Notes: generated by a model from the sequence alone, not told the origin. 63,619 nt of DNA, filler included, from Basidioascus undulatus (GCA_000826855.1; 5 parts of 5 records of this genome joined end to end with filler, not necessarily neighbours in it); one strand, 5' to 3'; numbered from the whole stretch's first letter, positions 28,857-41,823 are shown. A program made the numbers and translations.

Positions 28857-29514
28857 ATGGACTTCATCGTCTGGGACGCACTTAGCCTCACTATCCTAGT
28901 CATCATCACGCTCATCTGGGCGCCGCTGTGGGGAGCGGTCTTCGGAGCCATTTACCTCCTTATCGGCAACGCCATCTTGCGCAACACCGACCCGTTCCAC
29001 TATGGTTCCGACCATGAAGCGGCCGCGATAGGATCAACAGGTGGGTAGGATGAATCTCAAGTTGTACAAGCTGAAGTGACGGGCTGGCGGCATAGGCGGC
29101 GCCATCGTTGCCTCGATCCAGATCGTCGTCGCGGTTCTCTGCGCACTGTGGGACGTCTGGTGGCTCAACTTGGCCTGGGGATTCTTCACTCCCTTCTACA
29201 GCGCGCTCGACTCCATCATCACGGGCGTGCTGGCTGGCGTAATCGGCTCAGCAGTGCTGTGGGACCACGGCTACCCGCTTACGCTCGACACGCTGCATGC
29301 GGCACGAGCGGGCGCTGTCGGTGGGGCTGTTGTAGCCGCCTTCTGGCTGTTCATTGGCCTCATGGTGCTCCTGGTGTACCTCGCTGCCGTAGGGTCGACC
29401 GACGCGTTTGTACCGGGCAGTGGCTTGGATGGGGCGATGGGTCACTGCAGGGTGCGGTGGGTGCCGCCGACGAAGAGGAGAGAGCCGGAGGGCCATGAGC
29501 GGATGCCTGCGTAG
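28857..29514 (+). CDS. Small Gly/Ala-rich multi-pass membrane protein (2 exons)
   Basis: MDFIVWDALSLTILVIITLIWAPLWGAVFGAIYLLIGNAILR...; a GT-AG intron at about 29041-29095 joins in frame to GGAIVASIQIVV...LDTLHAARAGAVGGAVV; several hydrophobic segments. Confidence 0.75.
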
Positions 29515-32468
29515 ATTATGTTCATTCAAGGTGACTGGAGACTGTTGATTGATGAGATGAATGCGGCGGGCGTATCGCTATATCATAGTACGCAGCGTGC
29601 CTCTTAAGCCGTGCATGCTCCTCGAATACTGCCGCCGCTGGCTGAGTGAGAGGGCGTGAAGCGACCTCGCGCGGGGTGCTGTCGGATATTCAGAACGTCA
29701 TGCCGAACAGCAATAGAATCCGAGAGGAAATCAGTCTGACACGAGAAGGAGCGCAACGGCAGCACTCTTGTAGAGGCGTCTCGCAAGACTAGGGCCCCCT
29801 CCTCAGATCGCAGCCGCCCACCGCATAATTTCGACGGTTACGCACTCCACCTCGAGAGCGCACGCTGATTTCGCACGGTATCACGGAGCCGAAAGTCGAG
29901 AACGCCGCTGGACAAGCAGACGCCGCGGTGAGTGTGGGTTTCGAGGGCGAAAAGACCAAGACGAACGGGGCGTGCACATCATGGACGACAATGCGCGAAG
30001 AAACCCTGAAGGTTCGATGGAGGATAAGTTCGACAACGGTCGTTGCGAAAGCTGACGGTGAGAATAACGTCCCGATAAATTGGGAAGGGAGTCAGGAGCG
30101 GTGCTGGACATGCGCCCTGCTTGCGCCCCCCGCGCTGCTTGCGCCCCCTTCCGGGTCAAGTGTTGAGTTGGAATAAGAGCGTTGATAGATGTGATCAGGA
30201 GAGCGGAGGAGGGGAGGAATAAGTGAGAGAGCCAAATTAGGGATGGGGATGACTGCACGGCGGGCGGTGCCTGTGCCTCGTGTCCTCAAACTGCTCGCTG
30301 AGGCCCCAGACTTGTAACGATTAACGACTGCAAGATCCGTTGATCGTCGGCAGCCCTGGAACAAAGGCAAGCTGTACATGCAAATATACATCTCGGAAGA
30401 TGTACGAAGGCCCCCACAACCTGTCGAGCCGTTTGTCATCTGCAGGCAGTACGCGCGGATCGGTGAAAAAGATGAGCAGCTGCGACAGTGACCACACCCT
30501 TAAATCGTGGGCACATCGAACGGGGAATGAAGCACTGGATACTGGGGTTGAAGGTCAATATGAGGAATGTACTCCAAAATCTCGAAACTCTTTCGAACGA
30601 GTCGGTCATTTGCCTTCCGAACGCGCTGTGGCGCAGGAAGCGCAAGCTGCCGGTGAATATTCTCGACATCTTTTCGCAATTTTCAGGTGGTAAATTCGAG
30701 ATTCTAAACTGCCGGCCATTCAATGGGTATCCAGAACCCACTTACTTCTGAAGGTCAAAGTCCGACTCATGCACGCAACGGCTCTTTCGGGTCTCAAGAA
30801 GCGCTGCTCGGCTTGCTGCCATTCGATGATGCTTGACTGAATAGCATTGGGGAATTGTGCTATGTTTTATCTTTTATGAATGGAGCCGGATTAGGGAAGG
30901 CTCTAACAAGACGCCTTGAGACAGTAAACGATATCAGTTGCTCCCTTAGCGGCGCTAGACATCCAGCACGGCCGTTTACCAGTCACAGTAAGTGTCGAGA
31001 TAGTGGGTCTGCATGTCTTTATCTCCCTCGATGACCATGCGCGTCGAAGATTACCTGTCCCGGACGGTTCTATGCAATGTGAGGGAAGTCGGGGGGGCAG
31101 GAAGTTTAAGGGCTGTGGGTTGCAAGAAACACAGCGTGAAGTTGAACGGCGCCCCATTTTGCGACATACCGGTCATCCCATTGTATGATTTATGTGATTA
31201 GATAGAGCGGTGCTGCACAACATGGTCAGGTTGAGCTCGGATGAGCTGAGCAAGCTCGAGAAATACTGGGGTGTGCTCTAGGTAGTGCTTGAATTCGACG
31301 CTCGTCGCTGAGAAGACTTGCGTCCCTTTGGTATGGCACAGACAGGTGTCGGAAGAAAGATCATCTTTCTTCAACAGTGCTGTAATGATCACCTATGGTA
31401 GGCGCAAGTGGTCACTACTCCGCTTCTTTGTCAAGATGAAAGCCGGTGAGCGACAAGAGCCCATGTGCGGAATCCCGTGCTGAATTCTGGGTCTCCCCCT
31501 TCTAACGATTATTTTGGCTCTGGGATCATGAGAGCTGCCGAACTCACGTAGTTGTACGAACACAGCAGGTTGGCGGTGGTGCCAGATGATGGCCGGTGCG
31601 TGTGACCGCGAACCAGAAGAGTTGGGGAGAGGGCTGGGAGGGAGGAGTGATTGGAGGACTCGGTACTGGCCAGTGGGAGATTAAATTTGAATGAGAGTTC
31701 GTGATATAGGTGATGTATTAGCAAGCCAACCGATGCGCCACTGGTGGATGTGCCATGCGGCGACACACGACGTTCACCGCGCCGGCTGCAGAAACTCAGC
31801 TGTTCCAATTTCACGACTGCCCGTGCCTTGTTTCGGGAAAGCTACAGTTTTATCGAAGTCCAGGCCGACTTGCCCAGTTTTTGTAGGAGTCGCCCCCGGG
31901 AGTCGAAACGGCAGACCTGACTGAAGACGCTAAACTTCGCAACGCTGTCATTAAATTACACAGCTCTGCTGACCCCCGCGGGTCTGAATGCCACTTCCGG
32001 CCACAGCTATCGTTGTAGGGCAAGCACAGACTGGCAAATATCAGTGTACGAAAGAGCAGCTGTCTGAGAATGCACGCCGCCTGGGGACGCCGGATCTCGG
32101 TGTGCCTGCAGTGCCAGCGCATCGCCTGCCCAAGACGCGCCCATGGCCTCCATCGCCACACGTGCAGCGATACGCAGCGAACCAAGTGGAGTAGTTTCAG
32201 GCTCAAACGCTTGTGCGGTCGGCGATTGGTGCGCCTGCACTTTTTTGCCTTTGGCGATTGCGATCACACCATTTCGGTGAGTCGGCCCAGAACGGGTTCC
32301 TGCGCGCGCGCCCGAGCCGCGAGTCTCTGCCAGCGAGGGCACAATCCCCCTTCAGCGTCTTCTCTTCCCTCTCTCTTTCCCTCCCTCCACACAGTCCCCT
32401 CCCCTCCTCGCACTTTCAGTCTCGAAGTCTCTTTCTTTTCGGGTTTCTTTTTCTTCCACTCGCTTAAA

Positions 32469-34159
32469 ATGCCCGCTGCCGCCCACACCGCCGCCAAGGT
32501 CCTCCCCGAGGGCCACTTCCTCTTCACCTCCGAGTCGGTCGGGGGTCCGTCTTCTCTTTTTGCTTGATGGACTAGAGGAGATGGGGGGCTGACCCTATGC
32601 GCTTTCCTGATATCAGAGGGCCACCCCGGTGCGTTCACGCTCATTCGTATTCCATCTCCCGAAATTCCAACTCAATTTCATCTCTTCTGGGCCCGCAGAC
32701 AAGATCTGTGACCAGGTCTCGGACGCGATCCTCGATGCCTGTCTCGAGCAAGACCCGCACTCCAAGGTCGCTTGCGAGACCGCGTCCAAGACGGGCATGA
32801 TCATGGTCTTCGGCGAGATCACCACCAAGGCCCAGCTCGACTACCAGAAGATCATCCGTAACACCATCAAGGAGATCGGCTACGACTCGTCCGACAAGGG
32901 CTTCGACTACAAGACCTGCAACGGTGAGCCAATGGTCTCCTTGTTCTGTCGGGTTTCATGCAGCGCGGATTTTATCAGGGAACAGTCGTGGAGATGAAAT
33001 CTGAGCTGACTGGAACGGCGGCTTCTATCACCAGTCCTCGTCGCCATCGAGCAGCAGTCGCCCGACATTGCTCAGGGTCTCGACCACGGCGACCTCGAGA
33101 GCCACGGTGCCGGCGACCAGGGCATCATGTTCGGCTACGCGACGGACGAGACGCCCGAGCTCATGCCGCTCACCGTCGTCCTCGCGCACAAGCTCAACAA
33201 GGCCCTTGCCGACGCCCGCCGCGACGGCTCCCTCGGCTGGCTCCGCCCCGACACCAAGACCCAGGTCACGATCGAGTACAAGAAGGAGGACGGCGCCACC
33301 ATCCCCCTCCGCGTCGACACCGTCGTCATCTCCACCCAGCACGCTGACGAGTGCGTTCCCGTTCCTTCCTCTCCTCCTTCGCCCCTCTCCCTTTCTTTTC
33401 TCCCGGTTACTAACCATTTGTCGTTTTGTAGGATCTCGACCGAGGACCTTCGCAAGGAGATCCTCGAGAAGATCGTCAAGAAGGTCATCCCCGCCAACCT
33501 CCTCGACAACGAGACCGTCTACCACATCCAGCCCTCCGGCCGCTTCGTTATCGGTGGTCCCCAGGGTGACGCCGGTCTGACCGGCCGCAAGATCATCGTC
33601 GACACCTACGGTGGCTGGGGTGCGCACGGTGGTGGTGCCTTCTCGGGCAAGGACTTCTCCAAGGTGCGTTTCCGCGTCCCCCACCCCACCCCTTCTCCCT
33701 CCGACCGCGAACCGCACCTTGAACTGACTTCGCTTTTTTTGCTTCCCACTCTCCAGGTCGACCGCTCGGCCGCCTACACCGCCCGCTGGGTCGCCAAGTC
33801 GCTCGTCAAGGCTGGCCTCGCGCGCCGCGCGCTCGTCCAGCTCTCGTACGCCATCGGTGTCGCCGAGCCGCTCTCCGTCTTCGTCGACACGTATGGTACC
33901 GGCAAGGGCAAGTCGGACCTCGAGCTCGTCGACGTCATCCGCAAGAATTTCGGTGCGTCCTTCCCCCCTCTCGCCCTCGTCCAGCGTGAGCGAATGCTGA
34001 CGCAGTTGGGATTGGCTCTTCGTGACCATAGACCTTCGCCCCGGTGTCATTGTTAAGCACCTCGACCTCCAGAAGCCGATCTACCGCCGCACCGCGTGTT
34101 ACGGCCACTTCTCCTCCCCCGACTACTCCTGGGAGAAGCCCAAGGAGCTGCAGCTTTAA
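32469..34159 (+). CDS. SAM2: S-adenosylmethionine synthetase (methionine adenosyltransferase)
   Basis: [96 protein letters not shown]...WEKPKELQL*; six introns. Confidence 0.98.
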
Positions 34160-34881
34160 GCATCTCCCGCATCCCCTTCTTCGCCCTATTTTGACCTTCT
34201 AGACTTCCCCTCATCCGCACGGCGAGCTCCCCCTCGCTCTTCTCCTCTTTCCTCCTCCGCTTCCCCGTCGCTTTCTTCCTTTCCTGCTTTATTCTTCCTT
34301 GGGCTCCTTGGGCTTCTTGCGCGTCCGCCGTCCCGCTTTCTCCTCGTCGCACACCACAGCAGCAGCAGCCACGCCATCGACCTGTACTAGACTACCCTAC
34401 ACACATATCATCGTCCTCTCCGCCCCGCATAACATGTACTTCTCCCTCGCACCCGCCTCCCCTCATCATTGGACCCCATCACCCTCGAGCATAATCAATG
34501 ACCACAAGCGTTCAACACGCACCCATACTTTCCCTCGTTTGCGTTCTGGTGGTCGCCGGGCGTGCATGTGCACCTGTTCCGCTCCGCTTCACTGACTACC
34601 TCCCCTGCTACCAGATCAGACAACTTCGCCGACCCTGACTTCGTCTCTATCGCTCGCTCATCGTCTGCCCTTAATACCTTCGATCAATCATCTCGCGCAG
34701 CTTTCGATGCTCGTCGCAACGACCGTCTACATAAGAACCCAGCTCCCGGTCATGTCGCGCTGCCATCTTTCCCCTCCCATTCACGGTTCACTGTACTACC
34801 GTCTGCGAGCTGGCTGGCATCTTTTAGCCTTCCACACTCTTTTATTGTCCTTACTCCTGGTTCGGGTGCAGTTTCTGAATC

Positions 34882-35372
34882 ATGACACGCCTCACATTCG
34901 CTTTTTCTTTCGCGGCTGCTCTCACCGTCGCCGTCGTGCCCGGCGCGCTGGCCGCCCTGTCGTCCTCCTCGCTCTCCACTTTCGAGGACTCGCTCAAGCT
35001 CTCGTCCCAGTTCGATCCTATCTAAGCTGCGTACTGGACTGGTGCGTCTTTCGGAAACTCTGGTACCCTTGGTCCTGGGTTTGCTGAAGATCAATCGTTC
35101 CTACTCTGCAGCCTTCCTCACCATCGCCGCAACCCCTTCGCGCTCGAGCCGAGCGGCAAGGCGGCCTACACTCGCCTACCTCTACTAGAGCAGTAGCTCC
35201 GTGGTGGTCCAGCAGGTCGACCCGTCGACCTTCACCGCTGTTGGAGATGCAGTCAACAGCGACGGCTCCGAAGGCACGTTTTGGACCTGCGCTGAGCTTA
35301 AACGCAGCCCTTGCTAACCGCTGTGGGACTTATTCAGCGGGCGGTTTGGTCGCATATGACGACGGCTTCGCG
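34882..35372 (+). pseudogene. Secreted uncharacterised fungal protein, N-terminal half (split by inversion)
   Basis: Signal peptide MTRLTFAFSFAAALTVAVVPGALA, then STFEDSLKLSSQFDPI*AAYWTGLPHHRRNPFA...VVVQQVDPSTFTAVG...AGGLVAYDDGFAV; in-frame TAA at 35023-35025; stops abruptly at a junction with MYND sequence. Confidence 0.75.
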
Positions 35373-36040
35373 GTCGATTCATACTGCTCGGTCGAATGTC
35401 AGCGCGCGGATTGGCCAAAGCAACAAGGTAGGATGCAAGCTCCGCGTGGACGCTCGCGACGACCCCGAGCTCGGGCCGCTCATGCACGTCTCAGACGCAC
35501 TGCGCAGATGGTCAACCAAGCACACAGATAATAGTTTGCGATGTGTTTCGCACTGGAGCTCCGCGAAAACCCCGCCAACTGTCTCGAGTATGCGCTCCTA
35601 CTCAACCTTCGGCCCGTCAGCGGCGCCGCTTCGAGCCGTCCTCGTACAAGGTCATTCCTCGGGAGGCACTGGAGATGGCGTTGGAAGAGGTGGGGCGTCG
35701 GGGTGCCGAGGACAGTCTTCAATTCTCTCGCGAGAAGAGTACACCTTCAAACAGATCGGGATACAGCGCATGCGCTGACCGCTGCCCTCACGCAGGAGCG
35801 GCGGCGCACAACTTCATGGGCACGGCGCTGCTTCTTCTCAAGGCCGGGAAGGTTGTGAAGACCATCATACTGTGGCCTCGGGAGGAAACGTGGAGGTTTC
35901 CCAGCCTGCGTCCGGGGGCGGCGGGGCAGTGGCGGGAAGAGCTGAAGGTCAGCCTGCGGCGCGACCGAGGCACGTCGCAGGGCCGTTTTATACTCTCATC
36001 GATGCAGCTGTGCCGTGCTTCGAAGATTGGATTGTTTTAA
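35373..36040 (+). pseudogene. MYND zinc-finger protein copy A, C-terminal part (split by inversion)
   Basis: SYCSVECQRADWP, FALELRENPANCLEYALLLNLRPVSG, RRFEPSSYKVIPRE and GQWREELKVSLR are homologous to copy C; frameshifted; lacks the first two Cys pairs. Confidence 0.8.
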
Positions 36041-37099
36041 AGTTTAGTTCGGTGGAGTGCGATGTTGCACGATGCGATACACCTCTCGGAAGTGGCTGCG
36101 AAGTCGATACCACCCACACCAGTTTTGCACATACCATGGCCGTCGCGACGAATGCGGGTACAGCCATCTTTAGACAGGCCAGGAATGGTACGAAAATACC
36201 ATATCGCAGCATGAAAACTGAGAGAGCGGCCGCATTCATCTCAAGCGACCCGCACCCACTCCCTTCTCTCCCTCCTTATTTAACCGCACCACCGACAGCT
36301 CCCCCTCGGGTAGCGCAATCGAGAGCTCAAACAGCAGTCCCTTCGGAAGCTGGTTCCATCGGAAACGCTTGAGTCGCTTGTGCGCGTAGCGGGACGCCTC
36401 GTCGATTGTCCCATCCATTCCCGCTGCCAGCCTGGGACTTCCCATCTGCGTTTGTCAAGGCACTCGGTCGGACTCTGGAAGAGGTTCCGGGAACTAAGCA
36501 TTACTCCCAGAAGGGGGGAAGCGGGAAACGGGACGGAGACGCACTCTGAGGAATTGGATCGAAAGATGCAGGCAGGGCCTGACGCTCGCTTTAGCATAGC
36601 CGCAAGAAAATAATTAGCAGAGACTCCGGTCTGTCTCCATGCCGTTAGATCCATAGAGCACTAGGCAGCCATTCCTCCTAACGGCGCGCTCTACTCCAGA
36701 AGATCCACCAGCTGGCGCGCTGTCATCATGGCCCGAGCTGCATTTACTGCTTGCGGAGCTTGAGCCTTCGGCGACTGGCCGGGTGAGAGCGCGCCGGCGG
36801 AAATGAGCACAGGCAGTTGCGCGCCGGTTGGAAGGTCGTGCGATGGCGTGCGATCCGCCAGGGCGCGGCCTGAGAAGCGGGAGGCGCGGGCAGACGAACG
36901 GTCAGGTAAGATGAGGGCAAGTACGAACCAGCGGAGGACAGAGGTGGACCTACTTCGGAATTTGGTGTTCTCGATTTCTGTACTATCGATGGGGGCGCCG
37001 TGTGGCTGGGAGAACGAAGAGCATGCGCAACGGTGAGAACGCCAGCCGCGCGCAAGCTCGTGAAACAGCCTCACCCTGTGAGATCTGAATAGCATGACA

Positions 37100-37417
37100 G
37101 ATCCCAGCCGGCCTCGTACGCGATCCTTTCTCGGGATGAGGCGGAGAAGCTATTCGGCCATGCGCTGGAGTAGAGTCTGCTGGCGGGTACCGCATCAATA
37201 CGTCCAATCCAATGCTTATACAGAAGGAAAAGCTGATGCTGCTGCGTATCCTCAGTGGGGATGGGCTTCACGCATGGCGCTGCTCATCCTCTCGGCCGGC
37301 AAGGTCTTCATGCCGGTGGTCCTTCCGGCTCCTGGGGAGGAGGCTCAAAAGATGTTTCCCGCTGTGCCTCCAGGCGCGCAGTGGTGGGAAGAGCTAAAGA
37401 TCATGCTGCGCGACTGA
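37100..37417 (+). pseudogene. MYND-family paralogue copy B, 3' fragment
   Basis: QPASYAILSRDEAEKL and LLILSAGKVFMPVVLPAPGEEAQKMFPAVPPGAQWWEELKIMLRD* match the C-termini of copies A and C. Confidence 0.75.
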
Positions 37418-38603
37418 TGGGCGGGCACCCGCACCAATTGTACTCTCACTCATGAAAACGTGTTATGAACCGAAAGTTGGCCGATCTCGAAGTTTGATTC
37501 ATTGGAATTGTATTCTGGTTCAGGATAAGCCGACACCCACAACAGTTGTCGGCGTGTCATTCATACTTTTGAAACAGCGCTGCATCATTTTTCAATCCGA
37601 GTTGGGGGTACCGCGGTTGCTTTCTGATGTACACCACCTTCAGCTCGCTGCCTGAAAGAGGGTTTAAATCACCCCTGCAACTGAGCACGAAAAGCACAGG
37701 ACGATCGAATTCATCTCGAGCGATCCGCATCCCCTCTGCATCCCCCACCTCCAGACCCCACTCCCTAAGCGCGCTCATCCTCACCTCGAGCCCTTTCTTT
37801 TCCGTTTTCCGTCTACTCTTCCTCTCTACCTCTCAACAGCCCCGCGAGCAGCTCCTTCCCCTCCGCCTCCCGAACCAACAGCCCAGAAGAACGGCTCTCG
37901 CTTCATCTGCCACTCCGCCTGGCCGCCGGCCCAGCGGAAGTTCCACCGGTCGTCTGTGTCGAATGAGACGTCTGCAGTTTCGGGGAGAGGGATCGTGGAA
38001 TTAGGTAGACTCCTCCTTCTGTTGAGGGAATAGCAATGTACTGGCGGTGTGGCACCGGCCTCCAACATCTAGTAACGCATTCTTCCTTCCTTCGGGAGAA
38101 TCTCTGAATTGAAATAACAAAGCAAACTATCCGAAGGCTGCTCTCGCGATTAACTTTCCAACCATGCGCAGGACATTGCTTGGTGAGGACAAGCAGGCTG
38201 ATGGTCGGAGCTGCAACGTTTGGGTCGGCTGTCAAAACACCTGATGAGTGTGCTTCAGAAGCATACCCTTACCTATGTGGCCCATTTCTACAATTTACAG
38301 ACCACATTCCTGTTCCACTTTAAGCAGCATACGTCGAGATCTGCAGTCGAGCATGGAAAGAGGGCTTCCACCCCTGGTCTCCTGCAAGGGGAAGGTGCTT
38401 CGCGGCAGCAGGACTAGCCAGAAACTCTGTTAACTTGTTTCCTAACCCTAAGCAGGTTAATTACCAACACAACGCGCCGATAGAGTGTCGAAAACGTCAC
38501 ACAACCGGTCTTCTCACAAAAAGGGACGTCGTGTACGCAAGGTGGTGCCCTAATAAATGTGACGGCTAAAGGAAGGTTGCTCAAAGGTGTACACTGGATC
38601 GAA

Positions 38604-40584
38604 TCAGAAGTCTACTGCCACCCGAAGGTGCTGAACATTCTGGCGGCGGCGGCGACGAGGGTGCTGGCCGGCGGGGCAGCTGGAAGGCTTGGACGGCGCG
38701 GACGCCGACACTGTCGCAGAGACAGATGCGCTCGTGCCGGTCTCGATGATGCCGACGATGCCCATTGCAGGCTGGCTCGATCCGGCAGTCGCGGTCGCCG
38801 TAGAGCTACCGGTGCTCGCAACGGCAGTGCTGGAACCCGCAGCCGAGCTCGCTGCCGACCCGCTGGACGTCTCGACGGCGGTGCTAGTAGCGGAAGCGTC
38901 GCCGGCAGAGGTCGGGGTGAAGCCATTTCCCTACGGGGAGGTATACCCAGGTCACTTCAGGAACCAGCAGATCCGGGAAGGGGAATATTACGTACAGCGC
39001 CAGCGCCAGAGCCGTCCAGAGAAATGCAAGCGAAGGACACCGCGCTCGTCAGAGTGCCGCTCACCTTGGGGGAGCTCAGGTCCCAGTCCTGCTTGACGTA
39101 GGGCCAACACAGGCGGCCGTCGGAGGTAGCGACGATGTCGCCCGAGACGGTAACCGAGGTGTTGGTGAAGGGAGAGCCGAAGATCTCGCCGGTCGAGGAG
39201 ACCTGCTGGAAGTTGTTGGAAGGAAGGCGGGGTTGTCAGCAAGAAACAGAAAAGGAAGAGTGCAGAAGAAGACTGATGAGATGTACCTCGTTCCGCCGGA
39301 GAAGGTACCCGTGCAGCTCTCGGGGAGGGGCTGGCAAGACGGGTTTGGACAGCGTCTCGTACGTGACAAGCGTGTTGGACTGGTCGAATGTGGCTACGTG
39401 TACGTTCTGTTCTCCGCGCCTTCATGTTCAGCCGCGGGACATTGTGTGAAAAGAAAAGTAAGTACGCAGCGCGCCTGGTGATCAGACCCGTCGTCTTTGG
39501 TAACTCAAGTGATCTGGCTGTCGCCGTCAGAAGCGCCCACTTCCGAGGTCGCCTGCTCGCCGAGCAGCTCGCTCTTCGTCTTCGTCACGGCGATGGCGAC
39601 GTTGTGGTTGAGCCAGCGCGGGTTGGCGTGGGCGTACCTGAAACTCGGAAGGTCAGAAACAGAGCACTATGCGGGTGCGTGGAAAATGGTCAGGATGAGT
39701 TCAAGTTTCTTACCCGGAGCCTATCCAGCTGTTCTCGGTGAGGTCCACCGCGCCGCGCGACTGCCAGGCGAAGATGTACTGCTCCGACGAGCCGAAGCGG
39801 GCGAGGTTGGAGTAGGAGCCGGACATGCCGCTCACTGGCCGAGAGGAATCCAAAGTTCGACAATCATAAAATGCTGAGATGATTCCACGCAGAAAGGGAA
39901 CAGCCGCAGACGTCCTTGCTTCGCCACCAGAGCCCTTCGTGGTGTTCTCATTAGCGATCTTCACACCGTTGTTGGACATGCCCCCGGTGTCGGTGTTGAG
40001 CGAGATTGCGCTGAAGCCATCCCACTTCATGGTCAACCACATGCGTCCGGTTTGAAGAAGCAGCACCTCCTTACGTACCCCTGGTCCTCAGCGCACACCG
40101 ACGCGAACGGCGTCTCGTCGGCAGCCTCGAAGCCGATGCCCGTGTTGTGCGAGCATCCCCAGGTGCTCGTGCCCTTCTGCGACTCTTGGCGCTCGCCCTC
40201 CGAGTTGACGTAGGTGATGGCCTCGCCGAAATGACCATTCGCCCAGCCGTCGTAGGCTGTAAACGGAGAGAGCTAGCCGAAATGTCAACTTTGAAAGACG
40301 ACGACTTGCGAGTAACGATGCAATAGGCGCCGTAAAGCTGCAGCTTCGGAATAGACAAGGTCACCGTTGATGTCGGGGGTAGCCGTACCCTATTGGTGCG
40401 ATTGAAATGTAAGCGACCATCGCCAGAATGAGCAGTCAAATGAACTTTTACCGCAGTGTCGCTCGCTCCGATGGAGTTAGGGCTGTTGAGCTCGGTCGAC
40501 CACGCCTGCTTACCGTCCTTGTACCGGACGATGACCGCAATGGGGTTGTCGTTAGTGTGAAGGTTCACCGTTCCGGCGGCCTTG
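38604..40584 (-). pseudogene. Secreted uncharacterised fungal protein, C-terminal half (inverted)
   Basis: NPIAVIVRYKDGKQAW, STWGCSHNTGIGFEAADETPFASVCAEDQG, GVKIANENTTKGSGGE, GMSGSYSNLARFG...YIFAWQSRGAVDLTENSW, ATSEVGASDGDSQIT*VT, then a Ser/Thr/Ala-rich tail; no signal peptide or start of its own; TGA at 39505-39507. Confidence 0.75.
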
Positions 40585-40593
40585 TGAATAGAC

Positions 40594-40785
40594 GTGTATT
40601 TCCAAATGTGTCAGGATGGCTGTTGTTGCCGGGAAAAGGAGGGAGGGTGGGAGGCGTACTTTTTGCCTGCAGCGCCCGCATACGGCGAAATTAGGGCCTC
40701 CCACCGGCGGCAGCTTCTCGCAGTTGAAGTAGGGAACGCGTGGGCGGTAGATGCCGCTGCTGATAGAACTCGAGCTGGAATACAT
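40594..40785 (-). pseudogene. MYND zinc-finger protein copy A, N-terminal exon and first intron
   Basis: MYSSSSSISSGIYRPRVPYFNCEKLPPVGGPNFAVCGRCRQK followed by a GTACGC donor; matches the N-terminus of copy C. Confidence 0.8.
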
Positions 40786-41010
40786 GCGCTTGTGTTTATA
40801 TCAAGGTGCTTGGCAGAGGCGGTAAGAGTGATGATGGTGGGAAGAAGAGAGCGGCAACTGCGCAATGGCGACGGCTGCATGCGGCAGAAACGACGGAACG
40901 CTGGGCTCAGTCTCGGAGTATGCGCGTGCTTTGAAAGACGCAGCAAGAAATCTACCCTGAGGAATTTCCAAGCCGCCAGTCCTCGAAGCAAGGCACATCT
41001 TCAAGGATGG

Positions 41011-41823
41011 TCAAGGATGAGAGTATAAACCGTCCTGCAGCTGGCCGCAGTCGCGCAACCTGACCTTCAGCTCTTCCCACCACTGCCCCGCCTCCCTCAG
41101 AACCATACTTTCGAACACCTTCCGAGTCCCCTCACCCGGAGTTGGGAGGACCACAGGCATAAAGATCTCCCCCACCGAGAGGGCGAGCAACACCTAACCT
41201 GCGAAAGCCGTGCGCTGCCGTTGACACGCAGAAGGATTCGCTTTCCCTCCGCATCTCCGTTAAATCGGACTCGTACTCCTCTTCTGGGCTGCTCATTAGA
41301 AGGCCCTTATTCAGGGCCTGAACCAGTCTCTCCTCCGCCTCGTCGCGAGGGACGACCGTGTACGCGGACGGCTCGAAGCGGCGTGGGTCTCCGCTGACTG
41401 GCTGGAGCTCGATGTGGAGCGCGTTCTGGGCGCAGTTGCCTGGGTTAGCGTGGAGATCCAGCCCGAAGTAGAGCGCGAGGAGGAAGGCGGCTGCGCGGTT
41501 GGCTGACCACTTGTGGACTGCCTCGAACACCGGCGCGAACTGGGGTTCAGCTTGAGCCCGGGCGAGCTCTTATGCATCCCGCCTTGTGCCGCGGCCAGTC
41601 TGCGCCCTGGCACTCGACAGAGCAGTATGAGACTCGGGGTAGGATGTGCAGCTCTGAAGGTATAAGTGAACAGGTCTGTCGCGCTCGGCGGAGTGAGGAG
41701 GGAACACGCATTCTGCCTGCATTGCCCGCACACAGTGAACTTCGGGCCTCCTTCAGGCGGCCGCCTCAGACACTTGTGACAGGGGAGGCGAGGGGTGATA
41801 CCAGAGCGTCAGCTGGAAGACAT
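41011..41823 (-). pseudogene. MYND zinc-finger protein copy C (full length, disrupted)
   Basis: MSSS*RSGITPRLPCHKCLRRPPEGGPKFTVCGQCRQ / SYCSVECQGADWPRHKAGC / FGLDLHANPGNCAQNALHIELQPVSGDPRRFEPSAY / GQWWEELKVRLRD; TGA at codon 5 and a mutated first splice donor. Confidence 0.85.

Noticed and set aside
33028..34050. 340-aa minus-strand ORF over SAM2 (also 50785-51861 over RPS4 and several over KAR2)
   Set aside because: Antisense shadows of genes with GC-rich third positions; no recognisable protein.
34160..34700. METTL16-type hairpins or a SAM riboswitch in the SAM2 UTR
   Set aside because: No TACAGAGAA motif or convincing structure seen by eye.
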